Source of the DNA: Candidatus Saccharimonadota bacterium
GTDB taxonomy: Bacteria > Patescibacteriota > Gracilibacteria > BD1-5 > UBA2023
NCBI GenBank assembly: GCA_042852035.1
Contig: BAAFHK010000002.1
Span: 30,001 to 62,000 of the forward strand
Direction: 5' to 3'
Length of the DNA stretch: 32,000 nt
Shown here: positions 1 to 12,477 of the stretch, in pieces
Numbering within the stretch: position 1 is the first letter of the stretch
How the letters are laid out: each line of letters opens with the position of its first letter
Made by a program: the position numbers and the translations under genes
Notes under the pieces: model-generated
What the model was told of the DNA's origin: nothing
Database searches by the model: none
What the model saw: the letters and a program-made list of their open reading frames with translations, nothing else

Positions 1-8
1 TTCTTTTT

Positions 9-569
9 ATGAAAAAACTCCTTATTACCGCATTTGTGGCACTTACAGTTTCCACTTCTCTCGTTTATGCTGGTGCTGGTGGTTGGTCTGATAGTGATGC
101 TCCAATTTATGATTTTTCAACGGGCGCTGTTGTCAAAACAGGTTATGCCACTTCACCAATGTCAGATAAGGCTTCACGGATGGGTGCTATTAGCTTCAAA
201 GTCCCTTGAATAGATAATCTTGGTTATGATATCAGTCATATCTATTTTGTTGATACAAAAGGAAATAAAGTATATCTCAATACCTTCAAAGCAAAAGAAA
301 ATGGTGTATTTCATACCGTGTATGCTATTACGCCACGAACAGAGGCAGTAATACAACAAAATATGGGGCTACTATTTATCTCACGAACGAATTGTAGTAT
401 AAACGACCCAATAAAGAAGGCGAAACTCTGCGACAGAATATCTAAAACAGAGTTCAATACTATTGGTCGTAAATATAAGTCTATCGGTGTGAAACTTCCA
501 GATGGATCAACAAAAGAAATGAAAATCACTTTTTCAAATCAAGAAACCATTCAAGATTGGTATCAATAG
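9..569 (+). CDS. secreted hypothetical protein, 186 aa, one in-frame UGA(Gly) at 207-209
   Basis: Track ORFs 9..209 and 318..569 share a frame and are joined by one TGA, with no TAA/TAG between them. The N-terminus MKKLLITAFVALTVSTSLVYA looks like a Sec signal peptide. Confidence 0.65.
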
Positions 570-655
570 TTTTTCTTTTTGATTTTGAAAAAACAAGATT
601 TTATCTATTGTATAGAAAATTTGCGCAACATAGTATGATTTTCTATAATATTTTT

Positions 656-724
<69 letters not shown>

Positions 725-775
725 ATTCTTGATACTTCGTAATCAAAATAAGAACACATAATCCCATCTGATATA

Positions 776-803
776 TTGACAAAATAATTATATAGACTAT
801 AAT
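776..803 (+). promoter_or_regulatory. sigma70-type promoter TTGACA-N16-TATAAT for the DGR target gene
   Basis: TTGACA at 776-781, 16-nt spacer, TATAAT at 798-803, 35 nt before ATG 838. Confidence 0.6.
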
Positions 804-837
804 GGAACGGTAATTTTTATTTTCTTACATATTCGCT

Positions 838-1596
838 ATGAACTTTCAAGAACAACTTCGTTATGATAAACTTCAACTTATGAAGTCAAGACGACAAAAA
901 AGAGCAACTTCAACTGTTCAGGCAACAACAGAAACAACAAAAGTTGCCGTTGAATGACCAAAAACCATAGAAATCGCAGGCAAGAAAATCCTTGCGATGC
1001 CACTTGAAACTATGGCACTCACCCCAGAACAACAAAAGAAGTTTGAAGAAGCAGGTGGTCTTATGAACCCTGCGCCAAAAATAGCAACAGCAGATAAAAA
1101 TCAAGACAAGATGATGTATTGGTCTGAAAGTTTTGAAACACTTCAAGCAGAAATCGACGGAACGCTTTACAAGGGTTTTGACCTCTTCAAAAAAGTTTAT
1201 GAAGCATTCCCAGATATTCGTTCTATGACAAAAGGCGAAGCCACAGAAGCAGGACTTTACCCAACTATTCATTACCGCAACTTTGCCGCTCGCAAATGGA
1301 TGGCAGAGATGAACGGCGGACACCTTGCTACTTTGGATAAGGATTATAATGGCGAACTCCGTGATATCTTTAACGCAGCAGAAGGAAAAACAAACCTTGA
1401 AAAACTCGCTGCTATGGGTCAAGCACCGCTTGGCTGACGTTATGCTAATGATGCGAAGGTGTATTACTTGGGGGATTGGGCGGGATTGGGTTCTGGCTCG
1501 CTCAATGGTGATGGTGATGTCCGCGTGTTGGGCGCGCACCGTGATAAGGTCGGGCGCTGACAATTACTGATATTGGCAGGGGAGCGCTGTCAGTAG
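838..1596 (+). CDS. DGR variable (target) protein, C-terminal VR. Start may be 838, 880 or 997; the C-terminal frame is uncertain because of a 1-nt indel in the VR.
   Basis: Frame open from ATG 838 with UGA(Gly) at 955, 1435 and 1558. WMAEMNGGHLATLDKDYNGELRDIF resembles a C-type-lectin/DUF1566-like scaffold. The last ~55 codons are the VR. Confidence 0.75.
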
Positions 1597-1610
1597 TGTC
1601 GTTGTATTGG
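1429..1610 (+). repeat. DGR variable repeat (VR)
   Basis: 182 nt matching TR 2248-2428. All 15 differing sites are A in TR (11 A->G, 4 A->T). One of them carries an extra T (VR 1549-1550 GT vs TR A2368). Confidence 0.9.
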
Positions 1611-1744
1611 ATAAATAGTCTCTTTGACACTTTGTCTCTTTTGGTTTCAGAAAATCGTATATACAGTTAATTTTGAAGTCTATATAACAGATGGGATATC
1701 CGCTTTATGCGGATTTTTCTGTATTTCTTCATTTCAAAAACCGT

Positions 1745-2098
1745 ATGGCTACTTATGACCTTCTTCCTGTATATAAGACAACCTATGATTTTCTATTACA
1801 GACTTTTCAATTTTCAAAAACATTTACCCGTGAATACAAATACACTATCTGACAAGAACTCAAAAATGAAACCATACGACTCATACTGGCAATATATCGT
1901 GCCAATGGATCACAAGCAAAAAGATATGAACTCCTTGATGATGCTCGGACAACATTGGAAACCATACGACTTCTTTTGCGTCTGACAAAAGACCTAAAAC
2001 AAATACCACTTTCAGATTTTGTATCACTGAATGAAAAAATAGAAAATATATCAAAACAGTTGGTCGGATGGCAGAAAATATCTGAACGGAAGATATAA
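1745..2098 (+). CDS. avd: accessory variability determinant (Avd-like four-helix-bundle protein), 117 aa, one UGA(Gly) at 1850
   Basis: Translation MATYDLLPVYKTTYDFLLQTF...LLLRLTKDLKQIPLSDFVSLNEKIENISKQLVGWQK has the helical Avd/23S-IVS-protein pattern. It sits between the target gene and TR. Confidence 0.75.
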
Positions 2099-2247
2099 TC
2101 CTAAAAATGTATGCGGGCGAGAATTGTCTATTTTATGGAATGGGCAAGAGTGCCTTTTTTTATCGGAAATTCACTACATTTTTGTAGTATTAAAAGATGG
2201 TGTCCTGGTATTTTTTAGGATACCACAAAAAAGTAATTTCTTTTCCA

Positions 2248-2428
2248 CTTGGCTGACGTAATGCTAATGATGCGAAGGTGTATAACTTGGGGAATTGGGC
2301 GAAATTGGGTTCTGGCTCGCTCAATGGTGATGGTAATGTCCGCGTATTGGACGCGCACCGTGATAAGACGGACGCAGACAATAACTGATATTGACAGAGG
2401 AACGCTGTCAGTAGTGTCGTTGTATTGG
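2248..2428 (+). repeat. DGR template repeat (TR)
   Basis: Invariant, adenine-rich copy of the VR lying 28 nt upstream of the RT start. Its reading frame holds AAT/AAC codons and three TGA codons. It ends in the hairpin TGACAG-N7-CTGTCA. Confidence 0.9.
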
Positions 2429-2456
2429 TTAATAATTGGCATACATTTTTAGGATT

Positions 2457-3635
2457 ATGTTTTTACTTGAAGATATTTTCAGTGCGTATTACGATTGTCG
2501 TAGAAACAAAAGAAATACACTTGGTGCTTTGGAGTTTGAACTTCATTATGAAACCGAGTGTATTCGTTTATTTGATGACATTATTCATAAAAGATATGTG
2601 TTATTACCAAACACTGCTTTTATCGTGCGCGACCCCGTCCAGCGTGAAATACTTGCCAGTCATTTTCGTGACCGTATTATTCACCATCTTATAGCAAGCA
2701 GGCTTGAACCGCACCTTGAAAAACTCCTTATACACGATGTGTATAGTTCCAGAAAAGAAAAATGAACGCACTATGGCATCAAACGAATAGAAAAGTTTAT
2801 GCGCTCGGCATCTGACAACTACCAGCGTGATGCTTATGTTTTGAAACTGGATATTTCAGGTTTCTTTATGGGTATCAATAGGGAACTTTTATTTGGGAAA
2901 ATACAAACCATAATACAAAGATATATGCCACCAGACGAGCAAGATATTCTCCTATATCTCCTTGATATTATCATATTTACAGATGTAAAAAAGAATATTC
3001 GCATTAAGTGAAATAAAACTGACTGGGTATGACTTCCAAAAAGTAAAAGTCTCTTTTATGCCAAACATTGATGTGGTCTGCCTATATGAAACCTGACGAG
3101 CCAGATATTTTCAAATATCTATATGAACGAGTTTGATGTGTTTATCAAAAAGACCTTAAAGATACAGTATTATGGAAGATATGTTGATGATTTTATCCTT
3201 ATCCACCAAGATAAAGAATATCTCAAATCGTGTCTTCCAAAAATACGACAGTATCTCATAGAGCATCTTTGACTGACGCTCCATCCCAAGAAGATATATC
3301 TCCAACCAATAAAAAATGGTGTATTATTCCTTGGAACATATATCAAACCGTGGCGAAAGTATGTGGGAAGACGAACAAAATGAAACTTTTATGAATGTAT
3401 AACTCATATCAATAAAAGATTAAAGAATACTGAACTACTTTCTGATACTGAAAAAAATCGTATTTTGGCACAAATGAACTCATATTTATGATTTTGTAGG
3501 CATTCAAATAGTTATTTATTAAGGAGCAAGATGATATGACTTCTACAACCAAGTTTCTGGGGCTATTTTGATATAGATATTTCATTTATAAAAATCACTA
3601 TCAAACCAAATCCCCAGAAACATATTAAAAAATAG
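2457..3635 (+). CDS. DGR reverse transcriptase, 392 aa, 9 in-frame UGA(Gly)
   Basis: Joins track ORFs 2436..2765 and 2799..3011 with untracked pieces. Motifs: FRDRIIHHL, GLPIGNLTSQIFSNIYMNEFD (the IGxxxSQ signature of DGR RTs) and YGRYVDDFILI (YxDD). Confidence 0.9.
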
Positions 3636-3638
3636 GAA

Positions 3639-4028
3639 TTATATTTTTACATCAAAATTATTCTTTAAGGCATTCAATTCTTCATCAGTGAGTTCATGGT
3701 CGTATATCATTTCTATTACTCTTTTTGCAAAGTTATCTATTCCAGAACAATCACTCACACCAATCCATATACCAAACGGATTATGCGTATGGGGAACTCA
3801 TTTTTCAATTAAAATATCCAAATCAACGATTTTTTCTATATCAGAAAATGTAATCCATGTGTCAAAATCAGCATATTGATTATCATCCGCGTCTTCATCA
3901 TCGTAATAAGGAAGATACATATCACCATCATTAATGAAGCCCTTATTATATAAAGTATCAATAAGTTCATTTTGTTCTACATAATTACAAATAGCAGTAT
4001 AGGTAAATGGGGAAATATGGGTTAACAT
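3639..4028 (-). CDS. hypothetical acidic protein, 129 aa, one UGA(Gly)
   Basis: Track ORF 3798..4028 continues through TGA to TAA at 3639-3641. It converges on the RT gene with a 3-nt gap. Confidence 0.55.
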
Positions 4029-4175
4029 AGGGAAGAAGTGGTTAAAAAGTTATAAGTGTGATTGTTTCACATATACCCATAAATTATTTCCAACTTTTTC
4101 TCAAATCTTTTTTGAAAAATGTATCAAAACCTATTACCAGATTAAAAATATATATTTTTATGTAGGAAAACAAAC

Positions 4176-4203
4176 TTGACTTTCGTAATCATTTTCATAT
4201 ATT
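4176..4203 (+). promoter_or_regulatory. candidate promoter TTGACT-N16-TATATT
   Basis: TTGACT at 4176-4181 and TATATT at 4198-4203. The predicted start near 4210 coincides with the 5' end of an acceptor-stem-like helix. Confidence 0.4.
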
Positions 4204-4295
4204 TCGCGCAGTGCTAAAACGGTTTCGACTTTTATTCCTTGAAGAAAAAGTTCTAAGACTAACTTTTTAGCACCGCCATGTTTCAGTATAAAAAA

Positions 4296-4404
4296 GGTGA
4301 TACGGGATGAGAATCTGAGTCCAGAGAAGTGACTGTAGTCACTTCGAAGACGAAGAGAGGCGGCTCGCGGCCGGAGGAGCGAGCGAATCCCCGACCCACC
4401 GCCA
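4296..4404 (+). repeat. structured ~110-nt repeat, copy 1 (candidate ncRNA or miniature integrative element) ending in a tRNA-like ...CGAATCCCCGACCCACCGCCA
   Basis: Shares GGATGAGAATCTGAGT, the hairpin GAAGTGAC-N4-GTCACTTC and a covarying second hairpin with 13003-13115. It is flanked by the direct repeat CACCGCCATGTT[T/C]CAGTA (4271-4288 and 4397-4414). Confidence 0.6.
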
Positions 4405-4526
4405 TGTTCCAGTAGTTACAATGTATAATTTACAAATAATAATGAACAACTTATAGGGTTGTTCATTATACATTGTTTATTCTTCATTATTTTTGGGGGT
4501 ATAGCTCAGTGGTTAGAGCAGTCGGC

Positions 4527-4889
4527 TTAAATAACTTTTTCTAAGTTCAGCTCAGGATAATGTTCTTCTGCATGGCAGTTATGACATAAGAGTATGCATG
4601 ATTGGATTTCTTTCTCGAATGCTTCCTGTGTTCTATTTGATAGAGATCGGACATCGAGCTTAAATACTTTCTTGCTCGGATCGGTATGATGAAATGAGAG
4701 TGCACCAAGATTTTTCTTGTAACCACATCTCATGCATACTCATCCAAACCGCTCAATCAGTTCTTGTTTTCTTTTGAAGCCACGAACTTTCTGAGTCGGG
4801 TAACTCTGATGTTGTTTGTTTTTGCAGAAGATGGAACAAAACAATTTTTGTTTCCCTGACAATGCATTTCAGCATATGACACAGTTCAT
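4527..4889 (-). CDS. HNH homing endonuclease, 120 aa, two UGA(Gly), antisense inside the intron
   Basis: MNCVICGNALSGKQKLFC...GALSFHHTDPSKK...LLCHNCHAEEH carries a zinc-finger-like CxxC and the HH...N...CHNCH motif. Its TAA stop (4527-4529) overlaps the 5' splice junction. Confidence 0.8.
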
Positions 4890-5127
4890 AGCGGAAATAT
4901 AGCAAAATATGAAAAATTTACAAGGGCGGTTATGAGAGCAATCTCATAATGTTTATCTGTCAAATTCGGGGAAACCTTCTTCTTGCAATGAGTGAGAAAT
5001 GGCAATCCCGAGCCAAGTTCGTTCTAGAACGAAAAGGTGTAGAGACTAGACGGCAGACATCCGATTCGGATGAAGGGATAGTCCAGACTTCAAACCCGAA
5101 AGGGGTAGTGAAAACTATGGAAGTAAG
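4528..5127 (+). mobile_element. group I intron (tRNA-type, IC3-like core) in the anticodon loop
   Basis: The 5' exon ends in U and the intron ends in G. Core strings CGGGGAAACC, GGCAATCCCGAGCCAAG, GGTGTAGAGACTAGACGGCAG and GATAGTCCAG match the conserved P3-P8 core of cyanobacterial/proteobacterial tRNA introns (from memory). Confidence 0.8.
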
Positions 5128-5235
5128 CATAACCGATTGGTCGCTGGTTCAAGTCCAGCTACCCCCACCACGTATATTTAAAACCACTCCAAGAGTAATC
5201 TGGGAGTGGTTTTCTTATGTATAATTTTTAAATTC

Positions 5236-6282
5236 TTATTCTCGAAATTCTCGAAAAGTTGGAAATAATCTTGCAAAAAACACTTCAGTTTTTGCCTCCA
5301 TTCGTTTAAAGTAAATTCCTACAAAGATAATTCCTATACCAATTCAAGAAAGAACAAAAGGAAATAGTAAGCTTCATTCAAAAACATTATAGGAAAGATA
5401 GCTAATATAACCGAAAATACCCAGAGCTCCAAAGATAACAAAAGTTCTTCTTAAAACAATCATGCCCAAGATAAGAAATCCGATATTAATCATACAATAA
5501 ATTATTGGTCACCAAAATGTTCCTGAATGCATCATGGATAAGGATCACCAGAATGTTATGGCTCAAAACAAAGCGATCCAAAATCAGAAATCAGGCCTTC
5601 TCTTATTATAGATATCTATAACCAAACTTCCAATAATCATAAGTATTCCAAATACAAATGATATATTTCTTTTTGTCTCGTATCCTGAGCTATAAGAGTC
5701 ATATAAAACATCTCGAAAAAGATAATCTCAGATATCCATACTCATATACCAAAGCGTAAGCGCAACGGGCATGAGCATAAAAGGATATCTGTAACGAGAA
5801 AATGCGAAACAGGCTCAAATAAGTGTTCATACTTCCATCATAAGCCATTTTCCATCGATATAAACATGATAAGAATGATAACTTGTTGGTGCGTACCATA
5901 AGCCCATTAACTTTTGTATAGTGTAGATTACAAGTGGAATGAGTGCAATGCCCATTGTTGCAAAGATTCATGCAGGAATTATATATCATCGTTTCTTTAG
6001 GGAATCAGCTAATCCGAATGCCACGAATAAATAGAGAGTTGCGATAATGAATCATGCCAAATCACCGAAAGATTCCCAAGCCATCCCCAGAAAAAATGAC
6101 ATAGCACCAATGGCGATTCATCCTCCCAAATAGTAAAGAATATTTATAAATGAGAATTTTGCAGTGCGTATATCGGGTACTGTATTCAAGAAGTTCCAAA
6201 GCAAAGAAACTTGAGTTGTTGAAATAATTCCTTGATTTGCAGCATTCTCGAGATCAGATTGAGCGATTTTTATTGTTTCCAT
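5236..6282 (-). CDS. multi-pass integral membrane protein, 348 aa, 13 in-frame UGA(Gly)
   Basis: Continuous minus-strand frame from ATG 6282 to TAA 5236. It has repeated hydrophobic segments with UGA at Gly-like positions. Only a 96-aa piece appears in the standard-code track. Confidence 0.7.
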
Positions 6283-6708
6283 AAATAATGCTTATTAAAA
6301 TAAACTCCTTTAAGTATAGTTTATAGTTTGATAAAAGTCAAAAAATTACATCATCTATCCAAGTTTTGGAATATATGGGATATTCTCCTGACTCATCAGT
6401 GCAGTTTTGACTTCCTCCACTAGTCACCACCATAGAGAATCAAAAGCTCTCTTTCTGAAAGGAAGGGGGGATTTTTTTATAGGGGGGATATTCCTAATAA
6501 AAGAAATTTTTCCCTAGAATTCATTTTTTGTGCAAAAATCATTCATTTTGTTCACTTTCTGTACTCAAAACCCCTTTTCTATGCAAAGATTCGCACTTTT
6601 ATTTTTGTCTCATGAATTCCCTCAGAAAAAGTAAAGAGGATATTTCCTTACTTCCTCCTGATCCACATTGACTTACTGATATTTCCCATAAAAATCTCAA
6701 AAATACTT

Positions 6709-6737
6709 TTGACTTCAAGGACGTTTTCCATATAAAT
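6709..6737 (+). promoter_or_regulatory. candidate rrn promoter TTGACT-N16/17-TATAAAT, with a weaker TTGACT at 6668
   Basis: TTGACT at 6709-6714 and TATAAAT at 6731-6737, about 140 nt upstream of 16S. Confidence 0.45.
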
Positions 6738-6876
6738 TCACACGTTGTCGTTCCGAACGACCCGAACCTTAACATTCCATATACAAGAAGACGATCGTTT
6801 CTGTCAAAAGAAACAATCTTGTAATCGTACAAAACAAAATTCAAAATCCTTCCGAATTTATTCGGAGGGTGCTACG

Positions 6877-8351
<1,475 letters not shown>

Positions 8352-8675
8352 TTAAGAGATTACAAGAAATCGTCTTCTGGTGTATGGAATGATAAGTGTT
8401 CGTATGAACCTTAACACACTTGAAATTAAGAATGTTATTCTAAATACTAAAAAAAACGAGAAACATTGCAATTAAACCAAATAATAATGAATAAATAATA
8501 ATGAACAACTATGGTTTCCATAATAATTCATTCTTCATTTTTCATTCTCAATTTAGTTTATTCTGTTTCCATCATTAATGTATTCAAGATTCTATTCATA
8601 CCAACAAACTAAATGTAAATCAAGCGAGAATAAAAAGCACAATTTATTTCTGAGCAATCAGAAATACACCTTTGT

Positions 8676-11772
<3,097 letters not shown>

Positions 11773-11962
11773 ATATGCTTTTTATTCTTACTCGAACATT
11801 GGTTCGTTGGTATGAATAGAAACTTGAAACATATAATGGAAACGCTCGCAATGTCATCGTACTGTATGCAAAGAAAATATCTTTCATACAGAGAAGTAAA
11901 TAGAACATTCAATCTTAATTCAAGTGGGGAAAATTGTAAATAAACCAAATTTCTCCTCAAAG

Positions 11963-12078
<116 letters not shown>

Positions 12079-12220
12079 CTTTGAGGAGAAATTGTCGTAT
12101 ATGGGCTCCACTGAGTAGTATATTTCATTCTACTCAGAGAAACATATGCTCCACATGCTTCCCATTGCTATTTTCTATTTTTTTGGATAGAATTTTTTTG
12201 CCGTTTCCTTTCCTTTGCTC

Positions 12221-12295
12221 GCCCGCGTAGCTCAGTGGAAGAGCAGCAGCCTTCTAAGCTGAAGGTCACAGGTTCGATCCCTGTCGCGGGTACCA
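12221..12295 (+). tRNA. tRNA-Arg(UCU), CCA encoded
   Basis: Hand-folded cloverleaf with anticodon loop CTTCTAA and T arm ACAGG TTCGATC CCTGT. Confidence 0.85.
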
Positions 12296-12400
12296 TGGTT
12301 CCCTTTCGACTTCTTCCTGATACTTCGATCCTCTTTTTAAAATCCTTTGATTTTTTGAAACACTTCGATTATCTGTGAAGTATACTGGAATCTTTTCCTT

Positions 12401-12477
12401 GGATCATTAGCTCAGTTGGTTAGAGCGCTTGCTCGACATGCAAGAGGTCACTAGTTCGAGTCTAGTATGATCCACCA
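12401..12477 (+). tRNA. tRNA-Val(GAC) with an atypical C at position 33, CCA encoded
   Basis: Cloverleaf GGATCAT..GCTCAGTTGGTTAGAGC G CTTGC TCGACAT GCAAG AGGTC ACTAG TTCGAGT CTAGT ATGATCC A CCA. Confidence 0.75.

Larger units (their letters stand above)
838..3635 (+). mobile_element. diversity-generating retroelement cassette (target gene with VR - avd - TR - RT)
   Basis: A 181/182-nt TR/VR repeat pair differs only at TR adenines. An Avd-like four-helix protein and an RT with DGR motifs lie in the Bordetella-phage gene order. Confidence 0.9.
4495..5170 (+). tRNA. tRNA(CAU), probably tRNA-Ile2 (lysidine type) or elongator Met, interrupted by a group I intron. Exons 4495-4527 and 5128-5170, CCA encoded.
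   Basis: The joined exons give a 76-nt cloverleaf: GGGGGTA TA GCTC AGTGGTTA GAGC A GTCGG CTCATAA CCGAT TGGTC GCTGG TTCAAGT CCAGC TACCCCC A CCA. The D arm and variable/T arm match my recollection of E. coli ileX. Confidence 0.8.

Noticed and set aside
910-1563. 217-aa minus-strand ORF, the longest ORF in the first 2 kb of the supplied track
   Set aside because: It is antisense to the DGR target gene and VR. The translation is Cys/Phe/His-rich junk with no start context. The + strand frame has the promoter, the VR codon logic and a protein-like sequence.
2457-3635. RT as a retron or group II intron reverse transcriptase
   Set aside because: It has an adjacent adenine-mutagenised TR/VR pair, an Avd gene and the IGxxxSQ motif. 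No intron RNA domains or msr/msd-like inverted repeats were seen.
4210-4274. Minus-strand tRNA with loop CTTCAAG (anticodon UCA), which would be the UGA-decoding tRNA-Gly
   Set aside because: The sequence is only 65 nt, the anticodon stem has 2-3 mismatches, the T stem is imperfect and there is no CCA. It does not form a credible cloverleaf.
4207-4404. tmRNA (ssrA), prompted by GGTTTCGAC near a 5' acceptor-like strand and a ...CCA 3' end
   Set aside because: No T arm precedes either CCA end. No tag ORF ends in an ALAA-like sequence. The 5' strand does not pair with the distal 3' end. The same core recurs next to tRNA-Val, and a tmRNA gene would not do that.
4296-4404. Hammerhead or other small self-cleaving ribozyme in the three-way-junction repeat (CTGAGT ... 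CGAAG)
   Set aside because: The core does not match CUGANGA...GAAA. Copy 2 has GAGAG where GAAA would be required.
4949-5224. 91-aa + strand ORF
   Set aside because: It overlaps the conserved catalytic core of the group I intron and the tRNA 3' exon.
8352-8675. Expected tRNA-Ile/tRNA-Ala genes in the 16S-23S spacer
   Set aside because: No cloverleaf or T-loop motif is present. The spacer holds only sequences complementary to the 16S leader and the 23S trailer (processing stems).
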